A DNA stretch of 61,905 nucleotides, taken from positions 1 to 61,905 of the forward strand of contig CAZEXI010000006.1 of NCBI GenBank assembly GCA_964516805.1, written 5' to 3'. The position numbers were made by a program, and so were the translations under genes. The notes beneath the pieces were generated by a model. That model did no database searches and was not told where the DNA came from. It was given only the letters and a program-made list of their open reading frames with translations. Every line of letters begins with the position of its first letter. The first letter of the stretch is position 1. The stretch is from an uncultured Thermoplasmata archaeon (lineage in GTDB: Archaea > Thermoplasmatota > Thermoplasmata > Halarchaeoplasmatales > Halarchaeoplasmataceae). Of this stretch, positions 26,821 through 36,624 are shown piece by piece.

Positions 26821-28809
26821 TTGAATATAGAAGAGCGGCTTTCGGAAAAAATACAATCGATGAGCAGAGAAGAATTCGAAAAACTCTGCATTGATTTACT
26901 TGAAAAAATGGGATTCAAGATATCTACAGTAAAATCCGTAGGAGGCGATATACAAGTAGAAGCCTCTATTGAAAGAGATGGCGAAAAAAAAGATTACGTT
27001 GTAAAATGTTCTAGAAGGGAGGATATCGAAGATGAAGTAAAGAATCTTGAAGAGATTACAGATGAAAACATCCATGGATTCATCCTGACTCATAAAAGAG
27101 TAAACAAAAGAATCGATTCTACAGTTGAAGTTGCTGGAGTCAAAAATCTTTATAAATTATTGGATAAATTTAACCTCCTAAAAGGGTTGGACCTCGAAGA
27201 AGAAAAAATAAAAAGAGACCAGATCAATAAAATGATGAGTGAAGCAAGAAATCTTTTGAAGAATGATGAGCCAAGAGAAACCATCGACAAGATTATCGAG
27301 ATAATAAAGAAAGATGATAAACTAAAAGAAAGTTGGTTTTTACTATCAAAAGCTTATGATAAAATTGAATCATATGATAATGAAATAGATGCTTTAGAAC
27401 AAGCTTTAGAAATCGATAAAAGGTACTTGGAGGCATGGAGAAATAAAGGTGAAGTTCACTATAAAAAATCAGACTATGACGAAGCCATAAAATGTTTCGA
27501 AAAAGTATTGGAAATAGAACCTGAATCTCCTGAAACATGGAACAATATCGGTCTCTGTTACATGAAAAAGGGTGAGCTCGACCAAGCTTTAAAGTCTCTA
27601 GATAATGCATTATCTCTAGATGAATCTTTTACCAAAGCTTTGATGAACAAAGCACTGATATTTGAAAAACAGGGTAAGATAAATAAAACAACAAAAGTAT
27701 CAGAAAAACTTATAGAAATAGAACCAGACAATCCAGAATACCAATACATCAATGCAGCTTACCTTTATAAAAAAGACGAATACGAAAAATCACTAGAAAG
27801 TATTAACAGAGTCCTAGATATTGATCCAGATAATAAAGAAGCAAGACAACTTAAAGATATTTTAGACCAGCAGATAAAAATAGAAAGAACAGACGAGATG
27901 ATAAAGAAAAATGTTGAGAAGTCAAAATACTCAGACCCTATAAAACAAAGAAGAATCTCTGAAATACTTTGGAAACTTGACGATAATGAGGAAGCGATGA
28001 AATTTGTAAATGAAGATGATGTTATCACCGGATGTATTTTTTACGAAAGAGAAAACGTGGACAAATCAAAGGACATCTTTAAAAAGAACAAAGAAGATAT
28101 TTTTTCAACTATAAACCTTGAAGAGATAAGGTATAAAAACAAAGATAACATAGAATCAAAAAAACTTCTAGAAAATTTAAAATCAGAAAATCTACCGTTC
28201 AAAGAAAAAAGATTACTCACACTGATACAATTGGATCATGATAAAGAAGTTGAAGATCTGTTCAAAAATATATCAGATAAAGATGAGAGACTTATTGATA
28301 TAATAGAGGAGAGATTTAGATACATTATCAGAAATAAAGGTTCTATAGAGGAAATAAAAAAAGAATTAAAAGTTACTGAAGAAAACAGGATCTTGAATCT
28401 ATTGAGTATACTACATTTTGTTAACCACAAAAATGAAGAAAGTATTGATCTTTTAAATAAAGTTACAGATGTAGAAAATCCGATATATTTCAACAATCTT
28501 GGGTGTATACTGTTTAAGATGGGGGAATTTAAAGATTCGCTTAAGTCCTTCGAAAGAACTGTAGAAAAGAATGGAAAAAATCCTGTTTATTTAAACAATT
28601 ATGGCTTCTGCTTGATAGAGGAAGATGAAATAAATAAAGCCTTAGAAAATTTAGAGAAGTCTCTTTCTATTGATGAAGAAAATTACGTTTCTTGGTACTT
28701 CAAGGGAATTGCCCTGAAAAGAGATGATGATAATAACTGGAAAAAATCTATTCAAAAAACTCTTGAGATAAATCCTAATTTTAAGAAAGCGGAAAAGATG
28801 TTAGAATAA
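26821..28809 (+). CDS. Mrr-like restriction-endonuclease-fold N-domain fused to a long TPR array
   Basis: N-terminus FEKLCIDLLEKMGF...GGDIQVEA...YVVKCSRR...GFILTHKR matches the Mrr_cat pattern. After that, many TPR units (AWRNKGEVHYKKSDYDEAIKCFEKVLEIEPE and similar). TTG start preceded by AGGTGA. Confidence 0.65.
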   Translation: MNIEERLSEKIQSMSREEFEKLCIDLLEKMGFKISTVKSVGGDIQVEASIERDGEKKDYVVKCSRREDIEDEVKNLEEITDENIHGFILTHKRVNKRIDSTVEVAGVKNLYKLLDKFNLLKGLDLEEEKIKRDQINKMMSEARNLLKNDEPRETIDKIIEIIKKDDKLKESWFLLSKAYDKIESYDNEIDALEQALEIDKRYLEAWRNKGEVHYKKSDYDEAIKCFEKVLEIEPESPETWNNIGLCYMKKGELDQALKSLDNALSLDESFTKALMNKALIFEKQGKINKTTKVSEKLIEIEPDNPEYQYINAAYLYKKDEYEKSLESINRVLDIDPDNKEARQLKDILDQQIKIERTDEMIKKNVEKSKYSDPIKQRRISEILWKLDDNEEAMKFVNEDDVITGCIFYERENVDKSKDIFKKNKEDIFSTINLEEIRYKNKDNIESKKLLENLKSENLPFKEKRLLTLIQLDHDKEVEDLFKNISDKDERLIDIIEERFRYIIRNKGSIEEIKKELKVTEENRILNLLSILHFVNHKNEESIDLLNKVTDVENPIYFNNLGCILFKMGEFKDSLKSFERTVEKNGKNPVYLNNYGFCLIEEDEINKALENLEKSLSIDEENYVSWYFKGIALKRDDDNNWKKSIQKTLEINPNFKKAEKMLE

Positions 28810-28883
28810 TGCGGTTGCCGGGATTTGAACCCGGGTAGCAAGCTTGGGAAGCTTGAGTCTTAACCAGTCTAGACCACAACCGC
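28810..28883 (-). tRNA. tRNA-Gly (anticodon CCC)
   Basis: Minus strand GCGGUUG-UG-GUCU-AGACUGGUUA-AGAC-U-CAAGC-UUCCCAA-GCUUG-CUAC-CCGGG-UUCAAAU-CCCGG-CAACCGC-A. All four stems are fully paired. Confidence 0.9.
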
Positions 28884-28892
28884 ATAGAATAA

Positions 28893-28925
28893 AAGAGGGG
28901 GACCCCTTGATTTCAAGTGGAAACT
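28893..28925. repeat. left arm of a perfect 33-bp inverted repeat
   Basis: AAGAGGGGGACCCCTTGATTTCAAGTGGAAACT is the exact reverse complement of 31989-32021. Confidence 0.95.
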
Positions 28926-28931
28926 GACAGA

Positions 28932-29315
28932 CTACCGGTCCAAGTTATAATCTTCTTCTTTCTCTATAACTTTATCTTCATATTTTGGCCCTAATTTTAA
29001 GGCCAAGGTTTCGATTCTAGCTATATTCTTTATAAATTTACTCTTGCTCGAAGTCTCGAATAATTCCTTGAATTCGTTCAATTTCCTGTACAGATCTATT
29101 ATCAAATATGCAAATATGAATGTAAATATGCCTCCGATCAATAGCAGCCAATATGACCAATTATCTAGTGTGTTTTCAATCTCGTTTAAAATTCCCGGAG
29201 TATAACCACTTAAGACAGTTCCAAAAAGACCGATAACTAACCCTATTGCACTGACTATCAACAAAATTGGAGCTATAAGAAATTGATTCTTTTTATATTT
29301 TCTTTTCAAACTCAT
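28932..29315 (-). CDS. small membrane protein (two TM helices, charged C-terminal tail)
   Basis: 127 aa with two clear hydrophobic helices. No catalytic motif. Confidence 0.5.
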   Translation of the reverse strand: MSLKRKYKKNQFLIAPILLIVSAIGLVIGLFGTVLSGYTPGILNEIENTLDNWSYWLLLIGGIFTFIFAYLIIDLYRKLNEFKELFETSSKSKFIKNIARIETLALKLGPKYEDKVIEKEEDYNLDR

Positions 29316-29370
29316 AATTACTTTGAATCAAAGAACTTTACTTAAATTTTTTCTTATTAGCAATATCATT

Positions 29371-30759
29371 TCAATGATCATGATGTTCATGAATATGCAA
29401 ATTAGAGAAAGCTCTGTCAACAACTTCACTAAGTGAAGGGTGTATATGCATTCCTCTAAAGATAGGGATAGCACTTTGATCATCGGTATACATTAGATTT
29501 ATTATTTCTTGTATCAAAACTGAAGCCTCTGGTCCTATTATATGTGCCCCTAGAATCCGATAACTTTCCTGTTCAACTATTACTTTCACGAAGTAATCTT
29601 CTAACTCCATAGCTGATCCTTTTGCTGTATTTTCATAACCGTAATAACCTATCATAATATCATGATTTTCTCTTGCTTCTTTCTCTTTCATGCCTACCGA
29701 AGCTATTTCGGGATATGTAAAAACGGCATGGGGCACAGCATGGTAATCAACTTTTCTTCTCATATCTGTAAATCCATTGTAGTAAACCAGTTCGGCTTCA
29801 TAGTTTGCTACATGTTTAAACATGTGTTTACCAGTAGCATCACCAAGGGCCCATATATTGTCTTTAGTAGTTTTTAGATATTCGTTTACTTTTATCCATC
29901 CATCATCTGTAGTTTCGATTCCTGATCTTTCAGGCTTCAAAATATCAGAATTAGACCTTCTTCCTGCAGCGATCAATAGTTTTTCTGAACTTACTTTTAT
30001 CTTATCTCCATCTTTACTCTCTGCATAAACTACTTTTTCTTCAGATTCTTCTTCTACTTTTACTACTTCATATCCTGTTTCAATATTCATATATTGAGAG
30101 AACTTTTCTTCAGCTAAATCCGATACCTCTTCTTCTTCTGAAGGTATAAATTGAGGATTCCTACCAGCTAAAGTTACGTCTGACCCCATCATCGATAAGA
30201 AATAACCATACTCTGCTGCAATATACCCTCCACCTATGATGACCATACTTTCTGGAAGTTCCTCTAGATCTAAGAAAGTTTTACTTGTGAGGTAATCTAC
30301 CTCTTCTATATTTTTAATAGGTGGTATTAAATCCCTTGAACCTGTACCAAGTATAATTTTATCGCCCTTTATCTCTTCGTTCCCAACTTTAAGAATATAG
30401 TCGTCTAAAAATTCAGCATCAGCTTGATAAAAATCAAGGTCTTCACTGTGTTTTAGGTTATTTTCTATCTGCTTACTTTGAGGTATAACATGATCTCTCA
30501 TTCTTTCCATGATTTTCTTAAAATCTATATTATTTATTTCAGCATTTATACCAAATTTATCAGAATCTTTTATATGATTTACCATCTCAGCAGGATATAA
30601 TAACATTTTAGAGGGTATACATCCTCTGGTCAAACAAATTCCACCAGGAGCTTCATTTTCAACAACAGCAATTTTTTTATTGGGATTATCATTCAAAACT
30701 TGAGTTACTATACTCATAGCAGATCCAGTTCCAACAGATATAAGATCATATTCCTTCAT
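29371..30759 (-). CDS. dihydrolipoyl dehydrogenase-family pyridine nucleotide-disulfide oxidoreductase
   Basis: GTGSAM FAD motif, redox-active GGICLTRGCIPSK, NAD motif IIGGGYIAAE, C-terminal HIHPSLSEVV dyad. Confidence 0.8.
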   Translation of the reverse strand: MKEYDLISVGTGSAMSIVTQVLNDNPNKKIAVVENEAPGGICLTRGCIPSKMLLYPAEMVNHIKDSDKFGINAEINNIDFKKIMERMRDHVIPQSKQIENNLKHSEDLDFYQADAEFLDDYILKVGNEEIKGDKIILGTGSRDLIPPIKNIEEVDYLTSKTFLDLEELPESMVIIGGGYIAAEYGYFLSMMGSDVTLAGRNPQFIPSEEEEVSDLAEEKFSQYMNIETGYEVVKVEEESEEKVVYAESKDGDKIKVSSEKLLIAAGRRSNSDILKPERSGIETTDDGWIKVNEYLKTTKDNIWALGDATGKHMFKHVANYEAELVYYNGFTDMRRKVDYHAVPHAVFTYPEIASVGMKEKEARENHDIMIGYYGYENTAKGSAMELEDYFVKVIVEQESYRILGAHIIGPEASVLIQEIINLMYTDDQSAIPIFRGMHIHPSLSEVVDRAFSNLHIHEHHDH

Positions 30760-30859
30760 GTTATCCCTTTCCTAATAAATATAAACTGACATAATAAATC
30801 TTGCCTTTAGCTATTCACAAAAAGATAAAAAATTTAAACCACCGAACGATACCGGTAAT

Positions 30860-31963
30860 ATGAAAGAAACAGCCCTTCACTCAAATCATGTAGAAGCTGG
30901 AGCTAAGATGACAGGATTTGGCGGTTATGACATGCCATTACAGTTTGAAGGAATAATCGAAGAACATATGGCGGTAAGAGAAGAAGCAGGAATTTTTGAT
31001 GTATCTCATATGGGAGAGATACTCCTAAAAGGGGATGGAGCTATAGAGTTTATGAGCGAACACTGTACTCAGGACATCACCGATTCGGAGATCGATCAGA
31101 TAAAATATGCTCATATACTTAATGAAGATGGAGGAATACTAGACGATACTCTTGTCAATAGACTTTCACAAAATTCATGTTATATAGTACCAAACGCGGG
31201 AAATAATGAAGAAATATACAATTTTCTTGCAGAAAAAGGAGGAAAAGAATATCTACAAGATATAACGGACAAGACATCGATGTTTGCACTTCAAGGTCCT
31301 AAAGCAGAAAAAATGATGTCAAAAGTATGTGATGAAGATGTATCAGATATTGGTTTTTTTAAAGGAAAAAAAATCAGGATAAACGATGAAGTGATGGATG
31401 CTTTTGACGAGGAATGGCCGATGGGTGATAAACCGATTGTTCAAAAAACTGGATATACTGGTGAAGACGGTTTTGAGATAGCTATCCCAAATGAAGCAGG
31501 AAAAGTACTTTGGGAACAGTTCATGGATCTAGAGAATCCTCCAACAAAATGCGGGTTAGGTGCTAGAGATACTTTAAGATTGGAATTTGGTTTCTTATTA
31601 GCTGGACAAGATTTCGATGAAACTAGGACAACTATAGAAACTGGTTGGGAAAAACAATCAATAGATTGGGATCATGATTTCTTAGGTAAAGAGAAACTTA
31701 AAGATGTAAAAGAATCTGATCATCAGATGCTTAAAGGTATGATAATGGAAGGTAATGGTATACCAAGACACGGATATGATATATATGATGGTGAGGAGAA
31801 GATAGGAGTAGTTACAAGTGGAACAAGGTCGCCAGTACTTGAGAAAGGAATAGCTATGGGATATCTAGATCCTGGCTATCATGAAGAAGGTACAAAAGTT
31901 CAGATAGAGATCAGAGGAGAGAAAAAGAAGGCTAAAATCAAAAATCCTCCCTTTATAAAATAA
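30860..31963 (+). CDS. gcvT: glycine cleavage system aminomethyltransferase (T protein)
   Basis: AGIFDVSHMGE, GYTGEDGFEI and GLGARDTLRLE motifs. Confidence 0.9.
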   Translation: MKETALHSNHVEAGAKMTGFGGYDMPLQFEGIIEEHMAVREEAGIFDVSHMGEILLKGDGAIEFMSEHCTQDITDSEIDQIKYAHILNEDGGILDDTLVNRLSQNSCYIVPNAGNNEEIYNFLAEKGGKEYLQDITDKTSMFALQGPKAEKMMSKVCDEDVSDIGFFKGKKIRINDEVMDAFDEEWPMGDKPIVQKTGYTGEDGFEIAIPNEAGKVLWEQFMDLENPPTKCGLGARDTLRLEFGFLLAGQDFDETRTTIETGWEKQSIDWDHDFLGKEKLKDVKESDHQMLKGMIMEGNGIPRHGYDIYDGEEKIGVVTSGTRSPVLEKGIAMGYLDPGYHEEGTKVQIEIRGEKKKAKIKNPPFIK

Positions 31964-31988
31964 TAATAACAAACCCGCGGGTGTGTGT

Positions 31989-32021
31989 AGTTTCCACTTG
32001 AAATCAAGGGGTCCCCCTCTT
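31989..32021. repeat. right arm of the perfect 33-bp inverted repeat
   Basis: AGTTTCCACTTGAAATCAAGGGGTCCCCCTCTT, the reverse complement of 28893-28925. Confidence 0.95.
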
Positions 32022-32038
32022 AACGTAGGTGATATAAA

Positions 32039-33097
32039 ATGGAAAAATTAGAAGGATTAGATGTATTTAAGGAAATATTGATGGAACCAGGTGTTTCAGG
32101 TTATGAAGGACCGATAAGAAAAAAGATAAAAGGATTGATACTGGACTATGCTGAAGTAAAAGATTCAGAGAATATAAGAGAAGATAATATAGGTAACCTC
32201 ATATACGAGCAGGAGAAAGAAGGACCTTCCGTTGCACTTGTAGCACATATGGATGAAATTGGTATGGTAGTATCAAACATAGAAGATGACGGTTTCCTAA
32301 GGATTAAGAAAATTGGCGGTATTATGGACGCACTGCTTCCGGGAAGAAACGTTACCATACACTCAGAAAAAGGTCCTATAAATGGTGTAATTGGTCACAA
32401 ACCACCTCATCTAACAACTGATAAAGATAGTGATGATAAAGTAACTCCTTGGACTAAGACTAGAGTCGATGTAGGTGCGTCCTCATCTGAAGAAGTTAAA
32501 GAACTAGGAATAGATGTTCCAGATCCAATAACATTCGATAAGAAACTGTTAAGGCTTGCAGGAAGTAAAATCACAGGAAGAGGGATGGACAACAGGATAG
32601 GTTCATATACTCTCTTGGAAACACTAAAGAATCTCAAAGAAGAAGAGCTGCAAATTTCTCCTTCCTATGTCTGGAGTGTACAGGAAGAGATCGGACTCAG
32701 GGGTGCCAAAGTTGTTGCTAACACCCTCAAACCAGATTATGTTATTGCCCTCGACACGTATACTACATCTGATATGCCTGGTGCAGAACAGTTTTACAAA
32801 CCTATTAAATTTGGAGAAGGTCCAGTACTAAGGATGGTAGACACCAGAGCGATATCAACTCCAAAGATGGTAAAACACTTCAAAAAAGTAGCAGAAGAAA
32901 AAGACATACCTTACCAATATGGTGTAACAGGAGGAACTACAGATGGCATGGCACTTCAGGAATCGGGGTGTCCTACTATATCTATCGGAGTACCAGTAAG
33001 ATATTCTCATTCAACAGTAGAGGTAGCCGATTGGGAAGACGTCAAAAATCTTATCAAATTGATCAGAGAAGGCATGAAAGATCTGCCTCTCGAATAA
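32039..33097 (+). CDS. M42 family (TET/FrvX) aminopeptidase
   Basis: VAHMDEIG, GRGMDNR, QEEIGLRGA and GGTTDG motifs. Confidence 0.85.
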   Translation: MEKLEGLDVFKEILMEPGVSGYEGPIRKKIKGLILDYAEVKDSENIREDNIGNLIYEQEKEGPSVALVAHMDEIGMVVSNIEDDGFLRIKKIGGIMDALLPGRNVTIHSEKGPINGVIGHKPPHLTTDKDSDDKVTPWTKTRVDVGASSSEEVKELGIDVPDPITFDKKLLRLAGSKITGRGMDNRIGSYTLLETLKNLKEEELQISPSYVWSVQEEIGLRGAKVVANTLKPDYVIALDTYTTSDMPGAEQFYKPIKFGEGPVLRMVDTRAISTPKMVKHFKKVAEEKDIPYQYGVTGGTTDGMALQESGCPTISIGVPVRYSHSTVEVADWEDVKNLIKLIREGMKDLPLE

Positions 33098-33151
33098 AAA
33101 ACATTTCTTTTCTTTTTATATATAAAAAATAAAAGGTTTTGTATGTATTTT

Positions 33152-34519
33152 TTAGAACTCAGTAGTACCTGTGAAATTGAAGTTCGGTATCTTCATTGCA
33201 GGTGCAGTGATATATCCAGGGAAATAACCCAGTGAATACATCTTTCTTTCTTTACCTATTAGTTCTACTGAATCAAAGGCTTCTAGTAAATTCTGGGTAA
33301 ATCTCAGGTTCTTCACAGGTTTTGTGACTTCACCATCTTCTATCAACCATGTACCATCTCTGGTTAATCCAGTAAGTATACTTTTTACTGGATGCACTGG
33401 TCTACAGTAATTGAATCTGGTTACTAATATACCTTTATCAGTTTCTTCTATCATCTCTTCGACTGAGGAATCTCCACTGTCCATCAACAGGTTTAGTGGC
33501 ATAGGACTTTGAGAGCTAGGCATCGGTAGAGCATGACCTGTTGATTTTTTATCTTCTTCATCTCTGCCAGCTGTGTATGAATCGTAGACCACGTCATTAG
33601 CGACACCGTCTTTAATTATGTCGACTCTCTGTTTTGGTACACCTTCATAGTCGAATGGAAAACCAACCATATCATCATCAAGAGCATCATCATAAATGTT
33701 CACTCTTTCATCAACGATCTGTTCTCCAAATTTACCGTTCATGAAGCTTCTTTGTTCCTGTACTGATCTAGAACTGAATCCCATGAATCCAAAATACATC
33801 AACATCAATTGAACAGCTAATGGTTCTAAAACAACCGTGTATTCACCCAGATCGATGCTTTCAGTATTCATGTTGTTAAGTCCCTTTTCTACAGCGGTTT
33901 TAACAACATCCATGTAATCAATATCTTTGACGTTAGCTGAACAAGCTTCACTCCAACCAAATCCTTGGTCGTTATCCCAATCAGCGATGGCTGTAGATGT
34001 GAGGTTAGCGTTTGTCATCGAGCTCGTTTTATTAATTCCCTCTGTGTTAGCAATCATAAGGTCTATCTCTTCAGTCTTAAATGCACCATACATCCTGTCA
34101 ACGTTTTTAGAACTTCCATGTTCAATTATTTTCTTTACAATCTCAGCTCTTTCATCAGGAGAAAATTCAGCAGTATCCTTGTAGAATGGAGCTTTTCCAT
34201 TTCTTCCTTCTTTTTTTTCTGGTAATCCTTTAAATTGAGGGTCCTCTTTTTGATGTTTAGCGATTTTTTCTGCTCTTCTTAAACAGTTCACAAGCGATTC
34301 CTCATCGATTGAGTTAGTTGTAGCTGATCCAACTTTTTTACCTTTAACCGCTCTAATTGAAACGGTCATATCATTCTGAGCAATATTCTGGTGTATTCTA
34401 GAATTTGCGTATCTCGTCAAGCTCGTATCTTCCTTTGAAACTCTGATTTCTGCCTCATCAACTTTCACTTTATTTAATATCTTTTTAACCAAATCTTCGT
34501 ATTTTTGTGGCATTACCAT
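33152..34519 (-). CDS. pmbA: PmbA/TldE family protein (partner of TldD)
   Basis: U62-family layout without the HExxxH motif. Overlaps the tldD stop by 7 nt. Confidence 0.8.
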   Translation of the reverse strand: MVMPQKYEDLVKKILNKVKVDEAEIRVSKEDTSLTRYANSRIHQNIAQNDMTVSIRAVKGKKVGSATTNSIDEESLVNCLRRAEKIAKHQKEDPQFKGLPEKKEGRNGKAPFYKDTAEFSPDERAEIVKKIIEHGSSKNVDRMYGAFKTEEIDLMIANTEGINKTSSMTNANLTSTAIADWDNDQGFGWSEACSANVKDIDYMDVVKTAVEKGLNNMNTESIDLGEYTVVLEPLAVQLMLMYFGFMGFSSRSVQEQRSFMNGKFGEQIVDERVNIYDDALDDDMVGFPFDYEGVPKQRVDIIKDGVANDVVYDSYTAGRDEEDKKSTGHALPMPSSQSPMPLNLLMDSGDSSVEEMIEETDKGILVTRFNYCRPVHPVKSILTGLTRDGTWLIEDGEVTKPVKNLRFTQNLLEAFDSVELIGKERKMYSLGYFPGYITAPAMKIPNFNFTGTTEF

Positions 34520-35952
34520 TTTCCCACCCCCACTCTAACATCTTTAAATCTAGATGGCGCACAACCGTGACCTACACGCATAGTTTGAGGTGGTTCTCCT
34601 TTACCGCAGTTAGGTACTCCGTGAAGTTTCCATTCATCTCTGCCAGAGATAGCATCACATTTGTTCCAGAAGTCATAAGTGATTCCGGTGTATGTTGGAT
34701 TCTTGATCATCTTTTTGATCTCACCATCTTCAACTAACCATCCTATCTCTGTACCGAATTGGAAGTTCAATCTTTTATCATCTATACTCCAGCTTTTAAC
34801 ACCATCAAAAAGAATTCCTTTATCTGTCTCTTCTATTATCTCCTGCTTGTTCCAATCACCAGGTTCTAGATTTATGTTTGTCATCCTTACTAGGGGAAGA
34901 TTCTGCCAACCATCAGCTCTCATATTACCACTGACTTCAACACCGACTTGGGCTGCATCCTCTCTGGAAGCTTGATAACCAACAAACATTCCATCTTTGA
35001 CTAAATCAACCTTCTTCGCTTTAACTCCTTCATCATCATAACCGAAAGTACCTAGTCCATGTTTAGCAGTCGCATCTGATGTTAAATGGACTATATCTGA
35101 TCCATATTGAAGTTCGTTAAGTTTGTCGGGTGTCATAAAACTGGTACCTGCATAACTGGCTTCTGTACCAAGCACTCTATCTAATTCAGTAGGATGCCCA
35201 CAACTTTCGTGTATCTGTAAAGCCAATTGATTGGTATTTAAAATTATATCCATTTCTCCTTCAGGACACTGGTCGGCATCTAATAATTGTAAGCCTTCTT
35301 TAGCCGTTCTCTCTGCATTTTCGATCAGGTCTAGGTCTTCAAAATATTCAAAGCCTGCTGATTGAAAATCCCCGCCAAATGAATTGGGATGACTTCTAGT
35401 TTGTACATCTTCCCCGTCGGAAACGTTAACACTTATTCCTCCTCCGATTTGGATGATCTCTTGTTCTATCCTTGCTCCTTCTGTACTAGCGAATTCCTTC
35501 CAAAATTTCCAAGCTCTGTAATTTGCTGAGCTAACTTTGATTTTATCATCTATTTTTAGCCTAGATTCTGCTTCTGTTAATATGTCTAGTTTTTCTTCGA
35601 GAGATACTTTAAATGGGTCCTTTTTATACGGACTTGTATAAGTGTCCTGATGAACCTCTATATCTTTTATATTTATCTCTTCAGATGCTTTTGCTGAGGC
35701 TTTAGCAATTTTTTGTGCTCTATCAATAGTGTTTATAACACCTTTCTTTGAAAGGTCAGAAGATGAAGCAAATCCCCATCCTCCATCGATTATCCGTATT
35801 GCATAACCTTTGCTGTCTGAATCACTAATTGTTTCTACTGATCCATTTTTGACTTCTATGGATTCCTGCCTATTATCTTCAAATCTAATATCACCATATC
35901 GAAAATCTCTGTTTTCTAACTCCTGTAAACCAATTTCAACAATCTCCTCCAT
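34513..35952 (-). CDS. tldD: TldD family metalloprotease
   Basis: HESCGHPTELDR zinc motif and a GxC C-terminal region (NCGKGEP). Confidence 0.85.
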   Translation of the reverse strand: MEEIVEIGLQELENRDFRYGDIRFEDNRQESIEVKNGSVETISDSDSKGYAIRIIDGGWGFASSSDLSKKGVINTIDRAQKIAKASAKASEEINIKDIEVHQDTYTSPYKKDPFKVSLEEKLDILTEAESRLKIDDKIKVSSANYRAWKFWKEFASTEGARIEQEIIQIGGGISVNVSDGEDVQTRSHPNSFGGDFQSAGFEYFEDLDLIENAERTAKEGLQLLDADQCPEGEMDIILNTNQLALQIHESCGHPTELDRVLGTEASYAGTSFMTPDKLNELQYGSDIVHLTSDATAKHGLGTFGYDDEGVKAKKVDLVKDGMFVGYQASREDAAQVGVEVSGNMRADGWQNLPLVRMTNINLEPGDWNKQEIIEETDKGILFDGVKSWSIDDKRLNFQFGTEIGWLVEDGEIKKMIKNPTYTGITYDFWNKCDAISGRDEWKLHGVPNCGKGEPPQTMRVGHGCAPSRFKDVRVGVGKW

Positions 35953-36069
35953 ATACTTGCACCGTCATGCAATTGTTAAAGTCCTATTTATACGTTTTCG
36001 AAACGTTTCAAAATGGTATTATTATAGGTTCTAGGAAAAAACATTAATAATTGTTTAAAGCTTAAAATA

Positions 36070-36621
36070 TTGATTGATATGTACGATAAATTAGATTCTT
36101 ATAGCTTCAAAGAACTACTGGGGTATTCTATTGAAGCAGAAAAAGCAGCCAACGAATATTATAATAAGTTTGCAGAAGCTGCGATCGGTGAAATGATGGG
36201 AGAAAGATTTAAGAGTTTAGCAAGAGACGAAGAGATACACAAAGATGCCCTTTTAAGAATACATAAAGAAGAATTTGGGGATGAGGATTACGTTGTACCT
36301 GAGGAGGATGACTTACCAGCACATGAAACTAAATTTAAATTCCAAGGAGTAATGAATATGATAGATTCTCTTGAAAAAGCAGTCATCAATGAAAATAGTG
36401 CAAGAAGAATTTATAAATATCTTGCTAAACGAGAGAAAAAATATGCCTCTGAATTTGAATATTTAGCCTTGATGGAAAAGGGTCACGCAGAATCACTTAG
36501 ATCTGAAAAAGAAATGCTGGAGGGTAAGGTAGTAGACCAACCCGATAGAAGAGGAGTGTCAATGAAGGAATTCTGGGCATACCACAAAGATCATCACGTA
36601 AGTGATATTGAAAGACATTAA
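36070..36621 (+). CDS. ferritin/rubrerythrin-like four-helix-bundle protein
   Basis: Paired ExxH-type segments (ARDEEIHKDAL and LMEKGHAESL). The real start may be MYDKLD at 36082. Confidence 0.55.
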   Translation: MIDMYDKLDSYSFKELLGYSIEAEKAANEYYNKFAEAAIGEMMGERFKSLARDEEIHKDALLRIHKEEFGDEDYVVPEEDDLPAHETKFKFQGVMNMIDSLEKAVINENSARRIYKYLAKREKKYASEFEYLALMEKGHAESLRSEKEMLEGKVVDQPDRRGVSMKEFWAYHKDHHVSDIERH

Positions 36622-36624
36622 AAA

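Noticed and set aside
30760-30859. Glycine riboswitch upstream of gcvT
   Set aside because: Only a short CACCGAA match. There are no GGAGAG/CUCUGGAGAG cores, and the ~100-nt leader is too short for the tandem aptamer.
28893-32021. The 33-mer (GTTTCCAC...; its reverse complement ends in ...GTGGAAAC) as a CRISPR repeat
   Set aside because: Only two copies, in inverted orientation and 3.1 kb apart. The DNA between them is ordinary genes rather than spacers, and no cas genes are present.
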